DNA from: a virus
Length of the DNA stretch: 38,717 bases
Direction: 5' to 3' (one strand)
Virus record (IMG/VR): IMGVR_UViG_3300024259_000084
The notes under the pieces are model-generated. The model made no database searches. It had not been told where the DNA came from and saw only the letters and a list, made by a program, of their open reading frames with translations. Made by a program: the position numbers and the translations under genes. Shown here piece after piece: positions 12,701 through 18,660 of this stretch (the first letter of the stretch is position 1; each line of letters opens with the position of its first letter).

Positions 12701-13046
12701 CAGAAGAATCTGGATTTAATTCTCCAACTATATAAAGAGTTGCTGGACCTGGTTCAACATCTTCATATATTTCAATGGAAACTCTACGAGAACCGGCTTC
12801 TAAATGACCACTAACGGCTTGAGTATATATTACTTCACCGGTTCCGTTATGTATTAACTCAAATTTTAATTCAACACCAGACTTTAAATAGGATGATCCA
12901 CCGATTAGGAAACTACTTTTACCTTGAGTTAATATTGTAGGGCATTCCAATACCCTAAAATACTTGGAATCAAATAAAGTATCTTCTACTAATATATCTA
13001 TGTCTTTTAAGTTTAATAACTCGTTTTTACGTTTTAATACACCCAA
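123..13046 (-). CDS. Giant tail fibre / receptor-binding protein (4307 aa) with internal repeats, Hint domain and C-terminal intramolecular-chaperone-like domain
   Basis: TTG start with AGGAGA SD (13058-13053); Gly/Ser/Thr-rich beta repeats (GTITATAGxIGxW, SSTxxSMSxG, FYLGDxxNYISGSGG); GWRI..GEAEFEKVTIRG motif as in phage tail tip/fibre proteins; C-terminal FTGQH...GEGAIWV...NGDYITSS...YTVAKIT...GCTYHCG. Confidence 0.85.
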   Translation of the reverse strand: MGVLKRKNELLNLKDIDILVEDTLFDSKYFRVLECPTILTQGKSSFLIGGSSYLKSGVELKFELIHNGTGEVIYTQAVSGHLEAGSRRVSIEIYEDVEPGPATLYIVGELNPDSSDVNIPTEWQGIYNVRWTKQITINAAGVNTEPIFFYKQPTITVSEIFKGYLNVPSVTPITSSLLVSGQPRDGLQSITPTPNSVAGDYPELDFKQKANKATIEENKPLIKLTGKGGHIGSQGKLLKTNSPSPNDYIITTDSSTLVTSLYVGQEVTITSPQVDASKFTLESYHSIPTYFSSSVMKVLNETSFVTSDLFYVHDTRTSPVTLVPAPLASQTINTSYKDISTQTTSSINYVSFADMEISDLKTFSGDVHKVKIYSKAEGSLGDFEKIFDSPIESSEILFDSNEDTSLSNMGYWIDQARITKYWESYEGNNGDGGSGTLTFDSSIVIDSMKISGSNREYESELRVQVKNDLNFVANGLYTFRAKLYGTKTNKKDVSGNVTKRGDFQVYVVGDAFNKDTTEASHWGVQKLEVPEFPSGVDNYDFGTIEGNFTADNTGTGKLQFKVPSGEWYISDISVKAASDTAFNPDYVKVVAPIPPLYTRPDSVRFLVEFYDVNNNIADTVIFSDFFTFQGENTSIGGTDNILSGSMYIGNAIGSGIEMAGVSSGFIRSIGYEGFTSASEGTGQGGFLMWSGSVLPDSGDSYTGVGLELVATSESYLRYRSSPSELDIRADAFYVGNQNTQYISGSGGNIEISSSNFHLSASGDVTMTGTITATAGNIGDWIIKDGKLSGSNATLDATGAALYMSDKGPDTDSSATFDIQRDEYYIDFTPADQGNTTNYFVKFGPNFAVDSDGVLVASGAVFEGTITASAGLIGGASIESASLAYSPYWRISASADTSDPASFISSSRFKVSAGGVVTGSQVLFDGGKIAGWTISGDDLTATNMALRAGDAIEMGDATDLNTGDGVWIGNSGYFRAGDADGQRVEFNGTNLILSSSNFFLGGAGQYVSGSNGLLEISSSGFYLDNAGNTTMQGTITATAGNIGGFGISSDAIYSSNFFLSGSATGNDGTDDTNLFISSSRFKVTADGDVTGSQVLFTGGKVGGWTLTDTTLTGGVVTLNSAGSIEVGGLSDATTVATTNSGFFADSSGNVLIKGNVSGNDYLKISSGSGIDIKSQVFDLDAGTVVIDSATNSGKIALGSTPPTAHNSGNGIYFDGDAKFLIGSASGDHLQYDGTNFDVQVGSLELDATNIEISSTQQSMSLGEGKILLDGANSKITVGSTSTKQITLQGHADYGYIATGKTSATSTTAGFWLANNNTDPEFHVGNATDFIKFDGGEIDLASRKLEVSASTIQISTNESSMSFGHTSDSPQGKIIIEGKETPTFAMGPDADFISLATGSGIFMDGDGNFRFGDSDGGIVFENGNFSITGSDVDINVTDINISATGFELSSNEASMSLGTGKELLLKGGNANPFVSIGQATDAYGETGVFLGYVSSVSRPRVSYVGSAGHFKFTGTDLDIKTGTLALAASNIQLSSTQASMSLGGVPGAAANILLDGANSKIEVGSANKVTIQGGASDNFMTMGNKTSFTDYDKSTIGIIVGMDDDIPKIEMAKSGDDYLRWDSTDGLDLRTTKMEVSASNIQISSTHASMSIGDPDSSGGAIVLHADGTDKMLKFGSKTTFDQDSIAGLVMGVDGNDPRFDYTISSTQYLRMKSSGIDIATPSFKLDTDRLDIDSAKSRIEIYDADSPAGIRVRIGEVDPTTASHYGLVIYDGPDSGSEAESNELVHFSDVRNKIAGWTISTDQITSQNLILDSAGIIQTSDFASGVKGWRITSANNGEAEFEKVTIRGTLSTTVFEKESVNAVGGQLYVANSTIYTSSVQLSATDTTMSVANVGGFTSGEILSAKKISDTGFKTEYMFVNSASRDNPSSEKDLSGKLYLVRGYSGSLPGTQSTASLGDAAQASQTYESGQVLVSTGRSGSGFVRINANPNDSTTPYIDIVERTGSAIYDVELKARLGDLSGLSSGLLYGNTSPGFGLFTENVFLQGAITAQTGSFTGIVWIETDANNKMAMGRDVSGTKDGFYLNNNNYWFTNAEWKVGDTNNYLFLTGSGGSLGNDLRINLEQFELNAGGGDLKISSTEKSMSFGDGDIIFQSYDATNSWGRIGSTSTKAIYITGSSTVGAIRSGKTSVTSNTAGFWLANTDGDQEFVVGDATDYIRYSGSAVDVQTRAFELDANNGDLQLSSTQKSMSIANGAIELAYSASNQAYFKLGSTGGQGIEMTGSNYGGTIRSAKRNVSDTTAGFWLHNKAGTTEFHVGDSSEYIKFDGTDLSIASAHLDITASNIDMTTDQFELDATDLSISSTHSSMSLGYDTNTTYGVTMVGGADSYLSFGPKTSPNMILKSAGSTTNYLSIGRTFGSGVGIVIGEDSGTAKLEIYKDSDKYFTFNGSEFDLRTTKFNLSTGGGLTITGVDTNGANNKILLGAATDFDTNTGFFVDGDGDFRVGTGTSGTSFLSFNQSSEELKIKTTNLNIDTTTMDIVASGSATRLSMGSSPPTDFSSNGIILSGSGYFNFQKDANNLIKNDGTFQIKSQNFELSGSTTLAIDTEKIRLGTNATVSMTHGDIGIYLDKDGKFSFKEDVNNYIIGGDGNFEIQADTFGLGTATMVVSSSVNSGTIRLGTNGGPLTATAATQGIYMDGGGALNVYGDSSNYLRIDGSTIDMRTTTFYLSGSDITLKSPDFYLGDTSNYISGSGGNLAIYSTGNTTLSGSSISLKTPDFYLGDATNYISGSGGAIKVAADTFDLNTTYLRITDTAVASALAEGIVISGASKHILVGSGIAIEGDGDSNAGSITIGSKVTLNGSSDSRISNFYIGSNDIWGGNSSIGHSATTIVLGNLDGTSKIALGATADSLSMTAGTGVYADGDGKFKAGTATGYGIFWDASTLRVSSSDFYLGDATNYISGSGGAIDVAADTFDLSTTNLRVSSSYGSSIAMGSTIPKDLNDNGIMLSGSGEFNFQVDQDNYIRQDGNAFDIKSEIFGLKTSTMIISSSLSSGTIALGATPNTSVAGTNAGVYMDGTGDFLVRADGDNFIKFDQGSSPKLLMKADTFLLGNSTTFVSGSLGDFRIGTRLVDRDNNFKVGNVTASITVPDNDYFTYWELENASDSIANRSGKLTGFEVRYKVTSGNDHALGVQYLRNGVEVDKYYFADQGTYSPGAATASIVLTDVLSTATKFKSDDQISVRFVTKDMVPGGTATSFDSSFKIYASASFNDAMLLDSSQGLIAIGSASFGETGIQLQADPTSTDVSKFYVGKKGGAHLKFENDSIEISSSNFYLGGGGQFLSGSNGNIEISSSNFHLSASGDVNMSGTITATAGEIGGWTVGSTLSATNIVLNPAGPSIYLNGKSSFGSNVDGVWIGTDGISIGDADEFNVTHEGVLNATSATVAGTINAAGGVFTGYVEAGSGNMRFGPNVSSTNDGLWIDANNYWYTTAQGGIKASDGAIGGWTLGTSTLTSDGTTANSIILKGDDGAGSESNAITIAGVVDNRIGAGTQIIGKITAAHGEIDFTRRWNYTSGCLIAGTKVTMADGTLKNIEDVNKGDIVLSFESGSIAEMKIKKVSSPVHDELVKLEFDEVDITLTPSHPVFIKDKGWSSVSPEDSINKFDYGLDECAQLEVGDITLQYKDNEIVELELLEINEIEENETVTYTISGETIHNFFANSILVHNAVGDGLQEDNWSGSGEKFITISGDADFDGTNLPADAATAPNSANYRHMAAGISGRSFGSNIGKIDHVGVYGVAAGTDAGITGARYLAGLFKGAPVAMDSSLWVGGGRPYSGVTGAANGLNLGYSGGTTTEGNYPDAGNTAQTTAAYGINFGGDISMYRSAANTLKLEDNDVLQLGDTDAVTSALRIGSLSSVGDVTVRNNTGAAAAGSLFGVRSYFSAQDADALTVEILSLTVDCGAIKLYNNSTEKIRLNANTGITLQDDIKMFFGSTDTYIYSNSDSSEDLIIGADDDIILEPDGHIGIRATDPLSLLHIQQSTDNDDGGIRLYNVSPGTYWSQRVNSSEYLHFHYNGGSYGGYLKNDSNVGQITFTGQHRNSISTGTVNEHTGSIGYIVCADGTYDNLWDNNDNVKQDVKPNINESLPKVKLSNTAYDKTVFGVISELESNYQNTNVSESFTYNESGERILTQTTSSVYVREYNQGSFTSTMEAEDSNDQKLIINSLGEGAIWVSNYSGSLENGDYITSSPIQGLGMKQDDDLLHNYTVAKITQDCTFDMNASASYDAVEFEWSGSNYKRAFVGCTYHCG
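1875..2324 (-). other. Hint (intein-like/BIL) domain, 150 aa, no endonuclease
   Basis: Residues 3575-3724: block A CLIAGTKVTMADG, block B TLTPSHPVF, block F/G HNFFANSILVHN; the +1 residue is Ala. Confidence 0.92.
2913..3035 (-). repeat. 41-aa repeat in tail fibre, distal copy
   Basis: QFLSGSNGNIEISSSNFHLSASGDVNMSGTITATAGEIGGW; 34/41 aa identical to the copy at 10707-10829. Confidence 0.9.
10707..10829 (-). repeat. 41-aa repeat in tail fibre, proximal copy
   Basis: QYISGSGGNIEISSSNFHLSASGDVTMTGTITATAGNIGDW; a third, more diverged copy lies near 9920-10040. Confidence 0.9.
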
Positions 13047-13056
13047 TCGGATTCTC

Positions 13057-13074
13057 CTGAATAGTGTTATTCAG
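13057..13074. promoter_or_regulatory. Perfect 7-bp inverted repeat CTGAATA-gtgt-TATTCAG overlapping the tail fibre SD; possible operator or RNA hairpin
   Basis: Read directly from the sequence; function inferred. Confidence 0.4.
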
Positions 13075-13076
13075 TA

Positions 13077-13084
13077 ATAAATAT
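13077..13084 (-). promoter_or_regulatory. ATATTTAT putative late-promoter motif for the tail fibre gene
   Basis: About 31 nt upstream of the TTG at 13046. Confidence 0.45.
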
Positions 13085-13102
13085 ACGAAATGGGAATTAT
13101 TG

Positions 13103-13110
13103 ATATTTAT
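13103..13110 (+). promoter_or_regulatory. ATATTTAT putative promoter motif for the RHH gene
   Basis: About 30 nt upstream of the ATG at 13140, in the opposite orientation to the other copies, matching the gene's strand. Confidence 0.45.
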
Positions 13111-13139
13111 AGTATGGATATTATATGGAGGATATATAG

Positions 13140-13319
13140 ATGAAAAAAGAAAAAGTATCTTTTACTATTGATGAAGATTTAATAGCTTGGTTTAGGTTGC
13201 ACATAAAGGACGAACATACTACTATGTCAGCCCTTGTTAATGCTTATATTTTAAATTTGAAACGGGATAGAGAAGGTCATTCTTCTCCAAGGAATATTTT
13301 ACTGTCGTCTAAATTATAA
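13140..13319 (+). CDS. Ribbon-helix-helix (CopG/Arc/MetJ-like) DNA-binding protein, 59 aa, absent from the ORF track
   Basis: Hand translation MKKEKVSFTIDEDLIAWFRLHIKDEHTTMSALVNAYILNLKRDREGHSSPRNILLSSKL*; GGAGG SD at 13127-13131; alternating beta strand KVSFTI followed by two helices. Confidence 0.8.
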   Translation: MKKEKVSFTIDEDLIAWFRLHIKDEHTTMSALVNAYILNLKRDREGHSSPRNILLSSKL

Positions 13320-16300
13320 CTATTTAAATTTAGATGGTAATTTCAACTGACTAAATCCATCTATTTTAGATATTTCTAATAAACTGTCTACGGCATCTCT
13401 CATTGATTCAATATGAGAAACAATAAATACAAATTGAAATTGAGTTTTAAGATATTGAAATAGCATATAAACAGAATTCAAATTATCCGAATCCATATTT
13501 CCAAACCCTTCATCTATTGCTAAAAAATTGGCTCGTGGTAAATTACACACGTTAATCAATCCAACACGTATTGCTAATGAACTAACAAATCGTTCCATTC
13601 CACTACTTAATTCAAGTGGCCAAACATTATCTTCATCATATGTAATATATGTATTTATATTCTTTCCATCCATTTCTAATACAATACCAAATTCTACCAT
13701 CTGAGCAAGAATATCATTAACCTCACCTTCAATTGCAGGGAGTGCCTTCTCTATAAGTTCATATGGAATACCATCACGTTTTACCGCGTCCATGTAAAAA
13801 TCGTAAGCTTCATATTTATTTTCTAAATCTTCCACTCTATTCATTGTTTCAATGATAGACGTTTTCTTTGTTTGATTTATCTTTATTTCACCATGAATAG
13901 TTTGTATTTTTTTATCTATGGTTTCTATTTGATAATCAAAATCTTCAACTGAATTTTTTAAATTTTCAATTTCTATTTCTGTCTTATTATTATAGATTAT
14001 ATCATTTTCATTTTCATGGTATTTTTCAATCTTATTATTAGTATTTGACATTTGATGAAGTACATTTATCTTTTTTTCTTTTAAAATAACTTCTTCTGAT
14101 TCTAATTTATTTTGCGTTATTTCAATTTGTTTTAATGATTCAATCACTTCATCATAATTTACTTTGTCATCGTGAATGTTTTCAATCTTTTTTAATTTAA
14201 CATCAATATCATCTAACTTAGAAATATATTCACTTGCTAACTTCTTGTCACCATTTAATCTTTCTTTGGTTTCCATTGCATCTAACGTGAATGGATTGTT
14301 CATACAATACTCACAATTCTCATCCCATCCTAAATTACCAAGTTTTTCAATTTTGTCTAATTTATTACGAACTTCAATTTTTAGCTTGTCAATTTCTATC
14401 TGAATTTTCTGTCGTTTATTTTCCAAATTAATAAAATCGTTATACTTTTGATTCACATTTGAATCAGTATATGATTTCGCTCTATTCGTTAATTCAGTAT
14501 TATTTGATTGTAAAACAATCATTTCTGATTTAACTGAGCCAAGTCTCGTATCTATTACATCAAGTTGAGTATTAAATCCATCTAACTCCACATTCAACTT
14601 ATCTATATCTGAAATGGATGCATCGATAGGTCTTAACTTTTTAGTCAATCCTAATATTTGCTCACTTAATTCTGTTCGTCTTGTTGTAAGAGTTTTCTTT
14701 TGACTTTTTAAATCCCTACGAACTTCATTATATTGAGTATTGTCTTTTTCTATATCAGCCAATTCCACGTCATAATTAGTTTTATTAAAATCTCGTAATA
14801 CTGCTGATATATCTGACATTTCATCGTTTGCTAAAGTATAAAGACTATCGAATGCACTTAATCCCATGAACTGGGCAAGTAGATCTTTCCGTTCTTTTTG
14901 AGTTTTATCTATAAATACAGTTGAATTATTTTGTAGAGAAAGAGATGTTATAATAAAATCATCGTATGTTCCAATAATTCTATATATGTTATTATTTGTG
15001 GTTCTACGTTGATCTCCATTTAAGGAAATTTTATCTCCACTATCATCAATTGTCCAGAAATCAACATCAACTTTTACATGCCCATTTCGTTGTCGTTTTG
15101 CATTACGTTCAATAAAATATTCAGTTTCGTTTATTTCAAAATTAACTTTACATTTAAAATAATTTCTTTTGTTATTTAATACTCTATCCGCTTTATATGC
15201 TCTATCTGACGTATCGAATAAACAAAAAGAAAGAGAATCCAAAAGAGCTGACTTTCCTGATGCGTTTGGTGCGAATAATCCAATAATACCATTTAACTTA
15301 GTAAAATCAACTATATTATCTTCACCATAACTAAACATATTGGAAAATTCAAATTTCTTTAATTTCCAATTTATATTACGAGAAACATCTTCATCTGGAA
15401 GTTGATTATTTAAATCATCATTTATTCCTTTTATTTCTAATAATATTTCATCACTTACTGTGTGGTTTCTTTTTAAATAATCTCTAATTAATTTAAACTG
15501 GTAATCTGGATTTGTAACGTCTCCAACATCAACGGTTCTATCCCCACGAACTCTTTCTGTCAATCTGTCAGTCCTATTTACAACTATCTCCTTTATACCG
15601 TATTTCGTCTGTATTACAGTCAAGGCCTTCTTTAGTTGAACAGAGTCAGTGTTAGATACCCTTACTCTTAACCTGGCCTTTTGAGGCATATCGGGTACAT
15701 CAGGAACTATACCATCATCAATATCCATAGTATAATATCCGTAATCATTTTGTATTTTTATATATTCAGATTTTCTATTTGGAACATCCCATAATAGATA
15801 ACCGTGATCTAATCCTTCCCCATGGTTTTGTTGTACGAGGCTACCACAATAACTTATCGTCTCTTCCTTATTTAGATGCTGTCGAAGGTGAATATCTCCC
15901 AGTAATCCCAAATCGTAACCTTTGAATTTGTTAATTTTAACATCGGATGGCAATCTAAATCCTAAATCTGTTGAACTTTTATCAACCGTTCCATGAAATA
16001 ATACTATTTTAGTATCACCTTCTACATCTGTAGCTTTGATAAAATTTTTCGATTCATCCCATACATCCCACACCACAAACCTAACATCTGCGAATTTATA
16101 TATTCCACTATCTTTTAGATAATGTAAGTTTGGATGATTGAGGTTATCTACTATTGGTGATAAACAATCCATCCTTGATAAATTATTTAAATTACAATCA
16201 TGATTTCCCGCAATGATAATTGTAGGACAAATGTCAGATAAATTCTTAAATAACCTTGATAATTGGTCAATCAACTCAGGTGACATTTCAGTTTTTGAAT

Positions 16301-16484
16301 GTGCTATATCACCACCGATATAAGCTATTGAATTACCATCATTGTGTTTATTTATTGATTCATATAACCGCTCAAACACTTCTTCATATTCACGATGGCG
16401 TTTCAAATTTCTGATTTGTATATCGGATATATGAAATATTTTTTTTAGTTTACGAAATGGAACTTTTACAACTTGCTCTTTCAA
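13320..16484 (-). CDS. Fused Mre11/SbcD nuclease - Rad50/SbcC ATPase (T4 gp47+gp46-like recombination nuclease)
   Basis: Phosphoesterase motifs HISDIQ, GGDIAH, AGNHD, FHG, GDIH; Walker A APNASGKS; coiled coils with CEYC zinc hook (14304-14315); signature LSSGME; Walker B FLAIDEGFG; H-loop VSH; TTG start with AGGAGA SD. Confidence 0.95.
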   Translation of the reverse strand: MKEQVVKVPFRKLKKIFHISDIQIRNLKRHREYEEVFERLYESINKHNDGNSIAYIGGDIAHSKTEMSPELIDQLSRLFKNLSDICPTIIIAGNHDCNLNNLSRMDCLSPIVDNLNHPNLHYLKDSGIYKFADVRFVVWDVWDESKNFIKATDVEGDTKIVLFHGTVDKSSTDLGFRLPSDVKINKFKGYDLGLLGDIHLRQHLNKEETISYCGSLVQQNHGEGLDHGYLLWDVPNRKSEYIKIQNDYGYYTMDIDDGIVPDVPDMPQKARLRVRVSNTDSVQLKKALTVIQTKYGIKEIVVNRTDRLTERVRGDRTVDVGDVTNPDYQFKLIRDYLKRNHTVSDEILLEIKGINDDLNNQLPDEDVSRNINWKLKKFEFSNMFSYGEDNIVDFTKLNGIIGLFAPNASGKSALLDSLSFCLFDTSDRAYKADRVLNNKRNYFKCKVNFEINETEYFIERNAKRQRNGHVKVDVDFWTIDDSGDKISLNGDQRRTTNNNIYRIIGTYDDFIITSLSLQNNSTVFIDKTQKERKDLLAQFMGLSAFDSLYTLANDEMSDISAVLRDFNKTNYDVELADIEKDNTQYNEVRRDLKSQKKTLTTRRTELSEQILGLTKKLRPIDASISDIDKLNVELDGFNTQLDVIDTRLGSVKSEMIVLQSNNTELTNRAKSYTDSNVNQKYNDFINLENKRQKIQIEIDKLKIEVRNKLDKIEKLGNLGWDENCEYCMNNPFTLDAMETKERLNGDKKLASEYISKLDDIDVKLKKIENIHDDKVNYDEVIESLKQIEITQNKLESEEVILKEKKINVLHQMSNTNNKIEKYHENENDIIYNNKTEIEIENLKNSVEDFDYQIETIDKKIQTIHGEIKINQTKKTSIIETMNRVEDLENKYEAYDFYMDAVKRDGIPYELIEKALPAIEGEVNDILAQMVEFGIVLEMDGKNINTYITYDEDNVWPLELSSGMERFVSSLAIRVGLINVCNLPRANFLAIDEGFGNMDSDNLNSVYMLFQYLKTQFQFVFIVSHIESMRDAVDSLLEISKIDGFSQLKLPSKFK

Positions 16485-16489
16485 ACTAT

Positions 16490-16696
16490 TTATTTCTCCT
16501 TGAGAATTTTTCTTGCAACTTTTATTTTATTTGCAGGAACACTAATATCCCATGCAAATACTTTACTTTTCTTAAAATATTCACATACGATTTTTCCGTT
16601 TGCTTCTTTGACTATTTTGTTCACTTTACGTTTTTTCTCCGAATGAATTCTGTATTCATCATCGTAAAGTTTCCAAACGTCTTGGTTTTTTGCCAT
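16490..16696 (-). CDS. Hypothetical small basic protein (68 aa)
   Basis: Fills the gap between primase and the nuclease-ATPase, co-oriented, overlaps the primase 3' end. Confidence 0.6.
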   Translation of the reverse strand: MAKNQDVWKLYDDEYRIHSEKKRKVNKIVKEANGKIVCEYFKKSKVFAWDISVPANKIKVARKILKEK

Positions 16697-17627
16697 TTAA
16701 TTTATATCGCATCAAATCTGAAAACTTCATTTTTTTGGTAGATTTTAGTATATCTACCATTTTTGTAAATCCCAAATCCGATGGATCCTTTTGTGAAAGT
16801 TCTACAAAATATACATCTATACCGTTTCTCATAAACTCATCAACCATTTTTAATGAATCTTTAATAGCGTCAGTGTCTAATGATATATATATCGTTTTTA
16901 CTTTTTTTTCAATAATTTTTCTTTTTAATTTTGATAGGATAGTTTTACCGAATAGAGGAATGGCATTCCTTTTGATTGCTATCGCGTCAAATACTCCCTC
17001 AACTAAACATATTGGCTCATCCCAGTTAATAAGTAAATCAAATCCAATAATATTCTTTGGAGACGGCGAATTTCTATATTTCATTTTACTATCAAATATA
17101 TCCCTACCCACAAAAAAATTTAATTGGCTGTTATTATCATATGACGGTATAATAACTCTATTAGTATACAATCCACTTGTGCAATATCCTATATTATACT
17201 TTAATAAATCTTCTTGTGTAATACCACGCCTGAACATATATTTTTTAGCATTTTCAAATTCAGGACCTCTACCACCATTCCATAATGGTTGATATTCTTT
17301 TGGTAACTCTACAGTTTGAACTTGTGTATTTTTTACACTAGTTCGATTATACGAAGTTTCACCAACGATATCACGAAGCTCACTCCATTGTTCTTTTGTT
17401 GCATTTAACTTTTTGAATAACTGGAATAACGTTCTTCCTTTAAAATCACACACCCAGCAATGATAAAAACCAAATTGTTTAGAATTTCGATTTAAATTTA
17501 CCTGTAATTTTTTCTTATAGTGATTACACTTTGGACAATAAAATTGCAATTCACCAGATTTTAATTTCTGATATTTTCCTATAAGTCGTTCAACTAAATA
17601 ATATAATTTATCCAATAACGAACTCAC
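16659..17627 (-). CDS. DNA primase (zinc-binding domain + TOPRIM)
   Basis: CPKC...HCWVC zinc finger; RVIIP; TOPRIM LVEGVFDAIAI, LDTDA, KDPSD; GTG start. Confidence 0.9.
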   Translation of the reverse strand: MSSLLDKLYYLVERLIGKYQKLKSGELQFYCPKCNHYKKKLQVNLNRNSKQFGFYHCWVCDFKGRTLFQLFKKLNATKEQWSELRDIVGETSYNRTSVKNTQVQTVELPKEYQPLWNGGRGPEFENAKKYMFRRGITQEDLLKYNIGYCTSGLYTNRVIIPSYDNNSQLNFFVGRDIFDSKMKYRNSPSPKNIIGFDLLINWDEPICLVEGVFDAIAIKRNAIPLFGKTILSKLKRKIIEKKVKTIYISLDTDAIKDSLKMVDEFMRNGIDVYFVELSQKDPSDLGFTKMVDILKSTKKMKFSDLMRYKLNGKKPRRLETLR

Positions 17628-17860
17628 TTTGTTTTATTCTATAAAAATCACATTTTAAAGCTTTAATTATTTCAGATTGTCTATGTTTATCTTTATCCAT
17701 TAATTCACCATTTTCATAATGACTATCTTCATCCCACTCAATTACTATATTTAAGTTTGGGCTTATGGTGTGATATGAATGGGGACCAATACATATACTC
17801 ATTTTGTTTCTTTAACTTCCTACCCTTTGAACCTATAACTCTGTCTAATAAATAAACTAT
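17608..17860 (-). pseudogene. Degenerate DUF559/Vsr-like (PD-(D/E)xK) endonuclease remnant
   Basis: The 64-aa ORF 17608-17802 has IGPH...PNLNIVIEWDEDSHY...KDKHRQ..I...C.F.RI. An upstream frame gives GRKLKKQNEY, which joins it by a 1-nt shift. The expected catalytic Asp after IGPY is missing. Confidence 0.55.
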
Positions 17861-17861
17861 T

Positions 17862-18230
17862 TTATTTTGATTTGTCATGTATTAACTTTATAAATTTATC
17901 CAATTCTATAACTGCGTATGTTTTACTTCTATTTCTTTTGAATACCAGAACAGGGTCTACATTATCAGGACAATTTGCTTCTGCTTGTTCTAATGAACTC
18001 CATATTGAAATGGACTGCTGATTTTTCATTTCCCATGAGTATGGGATTAATTTACGACATAATGGGGAGACTTGAAGATCCTCACCACCAGCTCCCATTG
18101 AAGTTGATCTAATATCATCGGGCTCTAATTCATCTTTGAATGCTTCTAATAGTAAATCCCTAACTGTTTGCTGTAATTTACGACCTTTAGCTTTACCACT
18201 CTGGACTGATATTTTTCGTTTTTTAGTCAT
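17862..18230 (-). CDS. Holliday junction resolvase-like PD-(D/E)xK nuclease
   Basis: KAKGRKLQQ, SMGAGGEDL, WEMKNQQ, LEQA, PVLVFKRNRS pattern typical of phage Hjc-like resolvases. Confidence 0.8.
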   Translation of the reverse strand: MTKKRKISVQSGKAKGRKLQQTVRDLLLEAFKDELEPDDIRSTSMGAGGEDLQVSPLCRKLIPYSWEMKNQQSISIWSSLEQAEANCPDNVDPVLVFKRNRSKTYAVIELDKFIKLIHDKSK

Positions 18231-18276
18231 ACTGTAACCTTTTTTAATAACTATTAAACTAAAACCTCAAAATCAA

Positions 18277-18660
18277 TTATATTTTATTTTTCCACACCCT
18301 AATAAATTCTTTCTGTGCCCAATTCTCCGCCTTTTCTTCATATCTATTATCGTCATGGTGATGACCACCTTTTTCTATAGCATAAGCAGTTTCCATTTCA
18401 TAATCCTTTTTATATTTAGACTTACCCATCTTTTTGGCATCTTTAGCATGGTCGATTTCATGTAAAACTGTAATATAAAAATCTTTAACGGATGAATAAG
18501 ATGATCTTATATTGATAGTGTCTCTATCCACATCGTAGTCAGCTTTATCTGGACCATTGGTGATTTTTACTTTTGATTTTAACTTATATTGTTTTACGAG
18601 CTGTTCCGCAAATTCTATATAATCAACTCGTTCTAATAATAGATGTTTTAATTTAATCAT
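18277..18660 (-). CDS. Small HExxH (zincin, ImmA/IrrE-like) metallopeptidase-fold protein with MIKLKxLLxE N-terminus
   Basis: ITVLHEIDH (HExxH at 18448-18462) and downstream YEEKAENWA. Confidence 0.65.
   Translation of the reverse strand: MIKLKHLLLERVDYIEFAEQLVKQYKLKSKVKITNGPDKADYDVDRDTINIRSSYSSVKDFYITVLHEIDHAKDAKKMGKSKYKKDYEMETAYAIEKGGHHHDDNRYEEKAENWAQKEFIRVWKNKI

Noticed and set aside
45-12900. Numerous short + strand and off-frame ORFs within the fibre gene
   Set aside because: Antisense or frame shadows of a long repetitive gene, with no motifs or RBS
123-13046. Diversity-generating retroelement targeting the fibre
   Set aside because: No reverse transcriptase in the window; the repeats differ at many synonymous, non-adenine positions, unlike a TR/VR pair
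16690-17292. 200-aa + strand ORF
   Set aside because: Entirely antisense to the primase, with no recognisable motif
17803-18190. KGRKL shared by the resolvase N-terminus and the nuclease remnant as a local duplication
   Set aside because: Only five residues with different codons; compatible with chance
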